A stretch of 64,000 nt of DNA from Mytilus trossulus (taxonomy: Eukaryota): positions 96,100,001 through 96,164,000 of the forward strand of contig NC_086373.1 in NCBI RefSeq assembly GCF_036588685.1, given 5' to 3'. Shown one piece after another: positions 15,201-26,968 of the stretch. Position numbers and translations under genes: made by a program. The notes beneath the pieces were generated by a model that saw only the letters and a list, made by a program, of their open reading frames with translations, was not told where the DNA came from and searched no databases. The stretch's first letter is position 1; the number at the start of each line of letters is the position of its first letter.

Positions 15201-18200
15201 GGGTAGTTACAATAACTAATCTTACCTGAGGCCCTCAAAATGTCAAAGATTGCACATCTTCATGCTTCTCACCTTCATATATTCAGTATTTGCAGCAGTG
15301 TATAAATGTCAAATGATAGGCAAGTATTGTTTTCAGATACTAACCTATCATCCCATGTCTTCTACTTCAAATTATTTTTCACCACAAGGGGCCCTAATAA
15401 CTGGAATTAAGTCATGCCCATCATGATTTTCAAAACATTTACCGTATGTTATATCTTCAGTATGTGTTACTGATGCCATTATAGTCTATTTAATTGCAAT
15501 TGTGTTCATAAGTGTATGCGCATGTGTGTGTAGTTTTACAAAAGATAATATATTTATATAACACCATAAAAATTTATTAACCAATGGAAAAATATTCAAA
15601 AAATACAAAATCTACATAACAATATCATATTTGTTAGTACATATAAATACAATTAATCATGAAGGTGGGAGCATCAAATTAAAGTGAGCTTTTAAAAAAC
15701 TGTACAAAATGACCATATTACTTAATAATATGTCTTCAATTTTTTTAAATCTATGTATTTTATACCATAATATCTTTTCAACATACCAACATACATCATA
15801 TAATCCTATTTACCATGCAAAATAAATGGCACAGTATTTTAATTCATTTAATTGCCTCATCATGGAAACATTTGTATACAATAATACGATTTAATATGAT
15901 AGAATTGATGTAGTTCTTATTTCATTGTTGCAAACTCTAGAAAGAAATTATCACATATCTCTGTCTAAAATTTAATTTTACCATCAATTATTGGTTTATT
16001 TAACATAGTTAAACAATTTCAAATACATTTTTTTAGCTATGCAGATAATCAAACAAAATTACAAGTTGCATTTACCATCACAATTCATTCTAACAACATC
16101 ATTTATTTAAAATATCATTGTTCACTCAAACTATACAAAGTTTTGTTGTTAATTACATTTCTAAACTTACTATTGCGTACTGTGTCATATTGCACATAAT
16201 TATAACATGACAAGAGCAAACTGAATTTATATGAATGAAAAGTTTACTTAAGGAATGTTTACCTTAGAAAAAGCAATTAAACACCAAAATTGTACAACTA
16301 TTACGTCATATATTCAGTATTTCAGCAGTGTATATATGTCAATAGATATCGTAATTACAGTATTTCCAGGAGTGTACAAAGAATCAAATGTAATGTGACA
16401 GCCAAGTCAGTGAATTTATAATAGATAATATCATATTCTTATTTAAAAGTATTAAGCATTGAGTCAAATAATTAAAATAAAAATCAATACTCCATCAACC
16501 TCTGACAGTATGAATTTATATGTAGATATTATGATACAGATGCTATATTTCCAAAATTATAAACACTTTTTTTTTTAAATTCCTATTTTTCATGTAGAAT
16601 GATAGCTATTATGGTCAAAATAGGATTATAATGTGACATAGACCAAGCCACTGCAAATGTGATATGTAAGTAAAGCGATAAAAATTTATTTCAAATTTTT
16701 ATAAATTGTGTACAGCATAACATTTCATCAAGAATCAACATAGTGGGTCTCATTGGGGTCTAAGCGTGATGTGGAATTGCCGATTTTTGAAAGTCGAATT
16801 ATTGTGGCGTGAAAACAGGAAATGAGGTCTTGCAGGACCCGGGAAATGACAAAAAAATTAGAATTGCTTACGCACATAGTGTAAGTGGGATACAGGAATC
16901 TAACAAAACAGTAAGCGGGATCCGGGATCAGAACCCCCCAATGAGACCCCCAACATAAGTGTCTATATTTCCTGAATCTTTATCTACTGTGTTAGACTTT
17001 GTATGCCTTCAGCTGTTATCTGCTCTTGGTCACATTAGCGTTGTTGTCTCTTTCACACATTACCCGTTTTCATTCTCAATTTCATTTATTAGTTTACAAA
17101 TGAAAAGTTAGTCCTAGTGATATTTAATGCTGCCAATATTATGCTACTGAGATGATGAACAAAAGAGAGAAATTGTAAATGAAACATGTAATATCATAAA
17201 TTATAGCACTTAAAATTAAATATTGCTTACATAATTATGTCCTGTGCCAAAATTGAAAGGGAACATTTTGTTCTAGCAGCTGAGATCAAACATCATAAAT
17301 ACATGTATATACAATAATCAAATAAATAACAATAATACATAATTATAAAAACATTAATAAATATGAATGCATATCCTACTATGAAACATGTGAAGAAAAT
17401 AAACTCATTATAGATACCAGGATTGAAATTTTGTATTAACGCCTAATGTGATTTTGTCTTCAAAAGACTCATCAGTGACGCTTGAATCAAAAAAATAAAA
17501 AAGGCAAAAAAAGTATGAAGTTGATGTGCATTGAGAACCAAAAATTCCTAAACTTCTACCTTACTTATTTCAGATATCAGAATTCTATTGAAATATTTCT
17601 ATAGATTTATGCAAGTCAGATACAGGAACAAGATGTATAATCAACAAAAGTTGTGGCAAAGGACTTTCTAAATTTATTGATGAGAAGTATATGTCATCTA
17701 ACAGCAACATAAACCCTTAGGTAGTAACAAGTCAGTATACAGACTTAAACAAAAGTTAAAATTGTATGCTATTCCTTTGCAGAGTTCCCAGTTAAGTTAG
17801 TTTATATAATTTCTTTTAAAGGTGGCCCCCTTGAATTACTGCCATTCATTTTGCAATAAGGTTTTCCCAAAGTAATATCATTTCTATATACATTCCTATC
17901 AACATTCTTAATTTAGCAAATAACAAAAAATACTATATTTATAATACAAATATTAAACACATTCATGTATGAGAATATTTACAAAAGAACAATTTAGTAC
18001 TTTATGACTGATTCTGTGTGTGCCAAAAAAATATACAAACATTTTGTTTACTGTATACATGTATAATATATATATATGCAATTTTTCTTGGATTTTCCTG
18101 AGGAAATATTTCATTCAATTTACACTTTCGCTGGATTTTATTTCATACAAATTTAGTCTCTTCCAAAGTTAAAACAAGAATGTGTCCCCAGTACACAGAT

Positions 18201-21200
18201 GCCCCACTCGCACGATCATTTTCTATGTTCAGTGGACCTTGAAATTGGGGTCAGAACTTTAATTTGACATTAAAATTAAAAAAGATCATATCATAAGGAA
18301 CATATATACTAAGTTTCAGGTTGATTGGACTTCAACTTCATCAAAAACTACCTCGACCAAAAACTTTAACCTGAAACTTGACAGACAAACGAACAGACAG
18401 ATGAACAGACGCACAGTCCAGAAAACATAATGCCCCTCTACTATTGTAGGTGGGGCATAAAAAATAAATCTTTTTCTTAAAATCAGTTTAAGCAAATTCC
18501 AAATCTCATAATATCAGTATGGCACACACAGAATGATTTTGTTATCAGCTTCTTTATTTATAGTACATGTGCCAGGTTCTTCCCTTTAAAACACATTCCA
18601 TTTCATTCTGTCTACCTCTACCATTCTATCTGTCTTGTCTCTATTTTCTCTGCTTCAACACAGGATATTCATTGTTTATCAACAGTTTTAGTACTTGGTG
18701 TTCTTTCTGGTAAAGCTGCCGTTTTAGTATTCTATCTACCTCTTTCTCATAATCATACAATAGCTGTTGTCTAATAATCATGTCTGCTTAAAAATGGATT
18801 TTGGATGTTCATTTTTTCTCACCAGTTCTAGTAAATGCTGCTTTCTGTTTAGATCTGACAATATCATCAGGTGACGGAGTAGTAAAATCAAATGGAATAA
18901 TCTCATTCATAATGTTACATGACCTTTTAATATTCTTCATTTGATGAGTATAAGAAAATTGACCGTATTTCCTTTTCTTATTTATCTTATAATTACAATC
19001 ATAAAGACATAAAACCTGTCCAAGAAATGAGGCCTGAAATTTCACAAAGTCACATTGAACAGTATTAATAGTCTCTTCAGAAAAGGTTGGAAGTAGCACT
19101 TCATGGTCATGACCTTCAACTGATTCTTGTGCAATAAATTGTTTCTTTTCTTTTTTAACAGTTTGAGAAACTTTTGGAACAGACTTGACAATTTTCTTCC
19201 CAGCCAAATCAGTCAGTGAAATATTGGACTCCTTTTTCAAATTAGATATCTTTAAACCATCTAAATTGTATACTAATTTATCTCCTTGACTAGGTTTAAC
19301 TTCATTAGATGATGTTTTTGACAAAGCTGCCAGTGATGTCATACTTTTCCCTGAGTTCTGACTATCGGTAGATTGTGTAGAGGAATTAACATGTGTTCCT
19401 GGTTGATCTGAAGACTGAGTTAAGCGTTTGCTAGGAAGTTGTTTTGATGGTAAAGCTAAATCTGACAATGATAATTGTTTAGCTGTATTATGTTTAACAT
19501 TGGCTAATTCTGCCAAAGATGGTTGTGTTGACGTTCTTGTAGACTGAGAACTAGCCAGTTCTGCCAAAGATGGTTGTTTTGAAACTCCTACAGACCTAGA
19601 ATTAGTCAGTTCTGCTAAAGAAGGTTGCCTTACTTGGATAGAAGAATCTTTAGCTATTTCTGCTAAGGAAAATTGCTTCCCTGTACCAGAAGGAAGTATT
19701 TTGGTCAAATCAGTTAACTTGCTTTTCAAGGTATCATGACCAATTTCAACACCAGATAATTTACTCTCCAATTCAGTCACCTGGTATTGGTTATCAGTTG
19801 TTTTATCTTTGTTCAAATTTGACACCCCTTTCTGACTGGCCAATGCAGACAAAGATGGCTGTTTGGAGGATGGTGTATTCTGACTGGTCAACTTAGACAC
19901 TGATGGCTGCTGTTTGGATGATGCATTCTGATTGGTCAGCTCTGATAATGAAAGCTTCTTTGATAAATTTAGTCCAGATAAATCAGATAATGATGGTTGC
20001 TTAGCAGATGTTCTCTGGTTGGCCAATTGAGATAAAGATGGTTGCTTTGAAGACAAGTTTTGAGTAGCCAGTTGAGATAAAGGTGTATTTTGCTTTGCAA
20101 AATGTGATAAGGACGACTGCTGACTACATGATGAGTTCTGTTTAGCTAACTCTGATAAAGATGGCTGCCCTTTGCACTTTACATTCTGACCTGTTAATTC
20201 TGATAATGGTATCTGCTTTCTAGAAGAAACATTTTGTTTAGCCAATTCAGACAATGACTTATCTTTTGTAGAAACTGCTGATTGGTTTGCAACATTTATC
20301 AGAGCAGGCTGTTTGGAAGATAATGAATTCTGATTGGCTAGCTCTATAACTGATGGTTCATCAGGTGTACATGACAAATAATCAGAAGATCCAGTGGATG
20401 GATACTTTTCTCTTTTTCTAATGCCTGATTCTTGACCATCAGGTGTTGTGGAAAGACATTCTGATGAACCGGCGGAGGAATAATTAATAATTTTAGCTTT
20501 TAATGCAGTATTTGATATATTTTCTAATGAACTCTCAGAAGACCAGCTACCGCCATATTTCAGTATCCCTAAGGACTGTTTTAAATTATGAGAGAAATTA
20601 ATTTTAGGGGAATTAGTATCAAGGGATTGTAAAAAGTCATCAAAATCATCATCATAATCTCCTTACCTTACAGATGCCAATTTTAATCCAATCACAATTG
20701 TTGTTATTAATATTTGTAATTGACCAATCAGATGTAGAGTTGTTTCAATGAATCACCATGCAGGAACAGGAAGAAATGAAAAAGAAAGAAAAGGCATGAT
20801 GTTAGGCAAGATATATAGTAGCTAAATTCTGCATTACATAAAATAAACTTTCTGTTCTATAACTTGTTACAGCTGTTCTATGTATGATTTTAATCACTAT
20901 TTTCTCAAACTTTCCTTCGATCTTTCTGTTTAATAATTTTCAGAATCGCACAACTTTACAGTTATGGTTTATACTCAGAAGTGTAGAAATAGTGTATAAA
21001 GTCATAAACCAACATAATTGACATTGCTTATTAAAATACAAATATAGCTATTGGTCTTTCAAACTTAAGGATTTTTCTCAGCTGCATCTCAGGGCTATTG
21101 CTCATTGATGATATTGCAACTTAAAAACTCCCTCTGGTTTAATCATCTATGATGATTGATATTTTACATCAATATTTGGCAAGTCATAAAATTATATTAT

Positions 21201-24200
21201 TCCTTTATCACTTAAAAAGTATATTTAAATTAAACTGTAGACTCAATATCAAAAAAAATTATAAACAACAATGTTTTCTTAAAAATGTTTTCTTTCAATT
21301 AGACCAAAATAACATCAATGTTTTATAAACATTCAAATGTGGAAGCTTTATTTACATAGTAAGTTCCAATTGTGTTGGAAAATTTGATGGTTTATTGGTT
21401 GATATCCACCTAGTGGCAATTATCTATATAGAATAAATAAATAGATGCAATGAATACCTTTGTCATGCTATTACAGCAGAATGCATCAGGTGTGTAGGAA
21501 AAGGTAATATCTTTAGTTAGCTTGCTTGCTAGCTGAATCATGAAGTCATTATAAGGTTAGGTAAACTACCTTCTTTTAAGAGTTAGCTAGTCCGTAGATT
21601 ACCAAGGCTTAAATTAAAATATCGTTTGTTTGCCCTTTACCGACCGACCCTTTAAATTCGTTCCGCCTGAAAATCTTTTATTTGCATTTTCCAGCAAGAT
21701 TTTATTTTATTTTATTTTTTCGTTCCTATCAAAAATCTTATATTTGAATTTGCCGCTCAAACCTTTTTACTGGAATCCTCGGGTTTTACATTTGTCGTAT
21801 AACGTCTAGTCCGTTTGGTATCACGTGAGCGTTTGACATGAACACTTGCATTTAGAGTTTCAAAGCATTTGTTTGAAATCGATATTGAACAGTACGTTAC
21901 TCTGTATCTTTATACTTGATGAGAAGGGTTCATTTACAAAACTATCAACGTGTGTACAAACTATTTTGTAAACGGACGTTGTATTCTATGTAGGGATGGC
22001 CTTTTCAAGGACGTATAACTAGCATACGTCCTTGGCCTTTTTGTGATCCGTAGATCAGGATGATTATGTTAACGATGCCTTCGACCAGTATTGCTATATT
22101 CATTATATCTGACATGAACCAAAGGTGACAAACGCCTTTAAAGTGGAGAGTATTTGGCAGTAAAATCGCCTAAGTTTTCCATACAGATCATTTTATAAAT
22201 GCGATGTAAAATATGTGACAATTGAGTTTCAACTTTCAAGTCTCATTGCATTTTAATTAGCAACATAGGCACAAACGAAAATTTAAACACTCTAGGGACT
22301 TTTTCTACTAGTAATGTATGTCTGCCTGGGCATATTTTACCAGGACAATATTAAACCTTATAGAAAACCTTTAGGTAGAGGTAAGCAAACAATGTACGTA
22401 GTACAGAATATTAGTGCAAGTTAAAACTCTTCAAAGTTCAAGGCATATAAACATTGAAAATATGCGACACAGCTCTATATTTTGATATTTGAAAACAAAA
22501 TAGTAGTGCATATGAATTAACTTCACATTCTACATGACATTTTTTTTTCAAAACTTCCTTGGACTATGATACAACTTGGAACAGTATATCTAACAATATG
22601 TATGTTCCTGGATACAAATAGTCCCACAAACTTTTTAGCAAAAGCAAAACAGACAAAATGACATTATGAAGATTTTTTATCTATAAAATAAAATATTATA
22701 CCTACCTGCCTACCAATGACAAAAAATATACCGACCCAAGTTATTTTTTTGGGGAAAAAATAAAATATTTTACCTTCCTACCTACCCTGTTTCAAAACAT
22801 AGGGTCGGAAAAGGGCAAACAAACAATATTTTAATTTAGGCCCAATACATGTATATCTGTAGAACTAGACTACTCAATAAGGAGAGTAGTAAACCTAACC
22901 TAATAATGACTTTACAGTTCAGCTAACAAGCAAGCTAACCAAAGATTATTCTTCGACCTATGCACTCATTGCATTCTGGTGTAAAGTCTTAAGCTGTATT
23001 ACCACAGTAATATTTGATCATAACTTTGGAGTATATTAGATGCATACCTTGTGATCTGTTCCTTCGTGAATCTCGAGGCTGTCTCTGTGGCTTTGGTGCA
23101 TCTAAAAAGGAAAACCATCTTGTTCAATCTTATTTGGGTGATTACAGATTGTACAATTGTATTTATTATAAGCTTGGCTGTTAGGTTTGGAATTTCAGTC
23201 AGTGCAGATTGAACATTGTATTTATTCAAGCTCAGCTCACTAGGTCTCGGAATTCATTTCGAACAGATTGAACATTGTATTTATCTATGTTCATTAGGTC
23301 TAAGAATTCATTCAGTGCAGATTGTAAATTGTATTTATCTAAGCTTGGCTGTTAGATTACATTGTACATGTTGTATTGATTTAAGTTAGGCTAATCGGTC
23401 TTGGAATTAATTCAGTGCATATATTCTATGTTGCATTTATTTAAGCTTGGCTGATATTTAATCTGGCTTATATGATTTCTAAATCCTTATAATGTCGGTT
23501 TAATGTTGATGTTATAACACTTGCATATGATGTTATACAAAAAATTAGTGGTGTCAGACTTTAATAAAATATTTTAGTTATTATCAGAGTAGATTTTATT
23601 ACACTTGTCTGTTTGATTCAGTTATTATTAGTGTAGATTTTATTTTGCAATTATTTAAGCTTGACTGATATTTAATCTGGCTTATTTGATTTCTAAACCC
23701 TTTTAATGTCGGTTTAATGTTGATGTTTTTACACTTGCTTGAATGATTTAGTAATTTTATCAGAGTAGATTTTATGTTGCAGTTATTCAATTTGCATGTT
23801 TGATTCAGTTATTATTAGTGTAGATTTTATGTTGCAGTTATTAAACTTGTCTGTTTGATTCAGTTATTATTAGTGTAGATTTTATGTTGCAGTTATTAAA
23901 CTTGCCTGTTTGATTTAGTAATTATCAGTGTAGATTTTATGTTGCAGTTATTCAACTTGCCTGTTTGATTCAGTTATTATTAGTGTAGATTTTATGTTGC
24001 AGTTATTAAACTTGCCTGTTTTATTAAGTAATTATCAGAGTAGATTTTATTAAACTTGCCTGTTCCTGTTTGGTTAAGTAATTCGTTCAGCGTAGATTGT
24101 ATGTTGTAGTTATGTTTGACAATGGTTTGAGCCATTATATGTTCAGGACAGGATTCTCCCAAGACATTTCTAACTTCATCCAGGCAAGAATTCAACTTGG

Positions 24201-26968
24201 CTAAAAAACAAATAAATATGATTAAAAAAAAGATTTCAGAATCATTTTTTGATGAGAGCATCTTGACAATTATGATTAAAAATTTACTATGATAATAGGG
24301 ATATCAAATGAATGCATGATAATTTTATCGTGTCAGTCATTTTTCTAATATATTTTACACAAATACATGAATTATTTTTATATTAGTAGATAAAGCTGGG
24401 TGTTTTAGGAATTCTAATGATGCCATTATCTGGCACCCAAGTCAGAAGACTCTTCTGAAATCTCAGCATCACCTTTTTTTTCAATGATCAAGGACTTTTT
24501 TTTATACCAAATTTCACACCTACACCTTACCTTGGTCTGTTTCATTTAACTGTAACCTAGGTGTTCCTGCAGAATGATTGAGAATTGTATCCTCATCACT
24601 CTCTCCTTCATCCTCTTCAGGAATATTCTCTTCCACATAAGATGACAAGTTAACATTTCTTTCTCCTCTATTGAAAGTGAACTGTGCAGCTGTAAATATA
24701 ACAACTTCTTGTTTATAATTAAATGTATAAGCTAACACATGAAACCTAATCAAGGAAATGCCTAAGAATTTCTATTAACCCTTACCATGTTGGGGCTGTT
24801 ATCTTATGGATGAACCCAGAATACCATTATTTTAGCTCCAATTGCTCTCCATACCTTTTGGCGGTCAACTTTATTAGTATGACATTTATTTCGTAGTGTA
24901 TATATATGTTATCTCAATCTGAAACCATTTAAAGTCATGATTCTCAGTTTTAATGTTCATTTTGAGCTAAAAATACGGACATTGAAAATTGAAATCTGAT
25001 AAAACTGGGTGTTTTCTTTAGGTGCGGACTTCCCTTCGATGTCTAACACACGAAGTTCAGAGGCCTAAAACTTCAACAAACAGTGTTAACCCACAGGCAT
25101 ATAACAACTGCTCTTGTTTATTATTGAAATATGCCTAGGAAACAACTACTTCCAGGTGCAGGTTAACATGGTCCAGTTCAAGTAAAAATTCAGAAAAAGT
25201 TTTGAATTTTTTGTCAAAATTACCTTCTTTAGACACGTTAGATTTTATTGAATCAGTTTTACTACTTGGTTTTAAATTTCAGGTGGCATCATATGGTAGA
25301 TGTACCACTATGGATTACCATAAAATGCAAAATCAATTCAATTGTACATGTATTTGATTTTTTTAAACTAAAACTGCACAAGTTCGTGGTTGTTTACAGT
25401 TTCATCCTACATTGAACCTTACCTTCGAAAGAGATACATGTATACATTAAATGTCCTCATGACTATAATATTACCTGTCCCTGGGGAGATACAATAGTTA
25501 TCCTCTACTGAATGGCCAAGGTAATCATCATCTTCCAAAAAATCTGAAGAAAAAACAATAACAAATTTGTTTGATTGGTATTTATGGTATTTTTATTTCA
25601 TGTTAATGTTAACTAATTAGAAAACCAGGCCAAAAACCTAGATAAAATGTACATAGTAAGATTCAACGTATCAAAACCCCATATATATTTAATTTTATTG
25701 AAAACAAACAAAGTTGTTTGGTCATTACTGTGGATCACTTTGAAAATGGGGTTGAAGTTTTTAAATCTTCATACACGGTCAGATTTAGCATTACATTGAA
25801 TTAAACCCCATTAAAATTGGTCAAGAAATATGCAATTAATACAAAGAAATAGAAGGATATTGTTATAGGATTCTTTTTCCTAGCAACTCCCTAAAACTAT
25901 TCCAACCTTCTTTTTTATATGTGGAACCTTGTGGTACATTTTCAAAGTGATCTATAGACTTATACTCAATTATTGTCTGACAATAAGGAACTCCTTGTAT
26001 AATTGTTCATAACTCCTGTCATAACTGCTAAAAAAAACATTCTTTTTAAGCTATGGACCCTTTTGGTATAATTTCACAGAAATACATTCACTTTTATATT
26101 CACAAGTTATTGTCCTGAAGTGAAACTACAAAAACGATTGGGTGTGGGCCCTTATGGTCCCCAATTCTTAAACAGGTGGGACAATAATGGCCTGGCACAA
26201 TCAAACCAAAACTTTCATTTGTGGTATGACCCCTGTGGCTGTGGTATAATTTCATTGAGATACATACACTTTTATTCAATTATATGTCTCGAAACGACAT
26301 TATATGAATGTAAAAAAAAACTGATACAAACGTAGACATGATAGGACTCAAAATACATCTCATGATGTTGGAGTGGCATGTATATATACATTGAATAGTG
26401 TGCTTTAATGTTTGTGATTTTTATTTTTATTTCATTTACTTGGTTGATTTGTAAAAAAACACCCATAGCCTTTTAGATCTTCTAAACTGTTGTGCATTGT
26501 TCCTCTAACATATGACGTAAATTTGCTTTGTCAATCTAGACTGGTTCTACACTGGACAAAATGGTTTTGCCAAAATATAAAGATTACTAACATTACACAT
26601 AGGTAAACTTGCTTTTTCTGCTAGCTCTCCATTGTAAATAAAAGTAAGATTAGGTTGTTTGAAAGTGGGGCAAGTTGGTAAAATAATGGGGTGATTTTGG
26701 CAACAAACCAAGCATGTTCTTAATTTTTAACAGGTCTGATGAAAAAAAACCGGACAAGCTTCAAAATCCAAGAAAATAATGGTCACTAAATTAAATAACT
26801 GCTTTATATCGAATAAACTACCGTACTACGTTTTTAAATTATTTCCCCCCAAATTTTTTAAATCATACAGTAAGAGAGGGTTTAATACTAGATTCATTTT
26901 TTAAGTTAGATGAATTTCGTTATACCTTCTTCATAGTTCATAGATCTGACATTCCTGTGTCGTGACAT
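3277..26968 (-). CDS. HBS1L: HBS1-like translational GTPase (Pelota/Dom34 partner), long isoform, about 747 aa, 17 coding exons
   Basis: Phase-consistent exons: 26968-26926 ([14 protein letters not shown]), 25543-25475 ([19 protein letters not shown]), 24689-24531, 24200-24060 ([15 protein letters not shown] donor), 23101-23048, 11060-10667, 10047-9959, 9763-9604 ([10 protein letters not shown]1), 9166-9054 (RGVTMD; DAPGH, G3), 8409-8293, 7779-7546 (NKMD, G4), 7221-7048, 6469-6374, 5968-5865, 5194-5094, 3913-3769 ([16 protein letters not shown]), 3327-3277 (stop TAA, followed by AATAAA). Sum 2244 nt. The N-terminus is typical of HBS1L rather than eRF3 or eEF1A. Confidence 0.96.
4236..4405 (+). 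repeat. Dispersed repeat family A (further copies at about 17400, 38675, 53700, 55055, 62120-62410 reverse, 63627-63937)
   Basis: Shared aaactcatcatagataccagga...gccagacgcgcgtttcgtctacaaaagactcatcagtgacgct. Confidence 0.85.
8601..8863. mobile_element. MITE with TTAA flanks (Kolobok-like)
   Basis: ttaaggtggtacccaacact ... agtgttaggtaccaccttaa. Confidence 0.75.
11568..12171. mobile_element. MITE with TTAA flanks (Kolobok-like)
   Basis: ttaaggtagatcacaggtat ... ataccatcaatctaccttaa. Confidence 0.65.
13356..15175. mobile_element. Helentron/HINE-like element with internal tandem repeats
   Basis: Subterminal inverted repeats tatacgaccgca / tgcggtcgtata, a (gac)n microsatellite near one end, and internal tandem units (tttggaccc..., aaaactcccaaaatcaat...). 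The element is inserted in an (aat)n tract. Confidence 0.7.
16745..16950. mobile_element. MITE
   Basis: Inverted ends gggtctcattgggg / ccccaatgagaccc with caacata on both flanks. Confidence 0.6.
18171..18462 (-). mobile_element. Short HINE-like element
   Basis: aaaacaagaatgtgtcc...gccccact ... (acag)n ... gtggggcataaaaa; same architecture as the other HINE-like elements, in opposite orientation. Confidence 0.55.
18809..20661 (-). CDS. HBS1L: Alternative terminal exon of HBS1L encoding a SKI7-like (HBS1L-V3/HBS1L3) short isoform lacking the GTPase domain; full isoform about 772 aa
   Basis: The frame of the 522-aa ORF is open upstream to 20662. Phase-1 acceptors AAG|GAG| (exon start 20661 or 20658) match the phase of exon 5. 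The C-terminus [10 protein letters not shown]...QFSY..Q...[25 protein letters not shown] matches the conserved end of metazoan HBS1L short isoforms. Candidate AATAAA at 18553-18558. Confidence 0.9.
20667..20822 (-). promoter_or_regulatory. Distant branch point, polypyrimidine tract and AG-exclusion zone upstream of the SKI7-like exon
   Basis: Minus strand CCTAAC (20806-20801) is followed by CCTTTTCTTTCTTTTTCATTTCTTCCTGTTCC. No AG dinucleotide occurs from about 20821 to 20669. Confidence 0.6.
21606..22842. mobile_element. Non-autonomous TIR element (about 40-bp TIRs, 3-bp caa flanks; Harbinger-like)
   Basis: ggcttaaattaaaatatcgtttgtttgccctttaccgacc ... ggtcggaaaagggcaaacaaacaatattttaatttaggcc. 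Confidence 0.8.
23120..24059. repeat. 55-bp tandem array (plus older degenerate copies) derived from the 3' end and donor site of HBS1L exon 4
   Basis: Unit cttgcctgtttgattcagttattattagtgtagattttatgttgcagttattaaa starts at 23791, 23846, 23901, 23956 and 24011. Degenerate copies extend down to about 23120. Confidence 0.9.

Noticed and set aside
18809-20377. Independent intronless nested gene
   Set aside because: The ORF call starts at TTG. The frame extends to a splice acceptor in phase with HBS1L exon 5, and the C-terminus is characteristic of the HBS1L short isoform.
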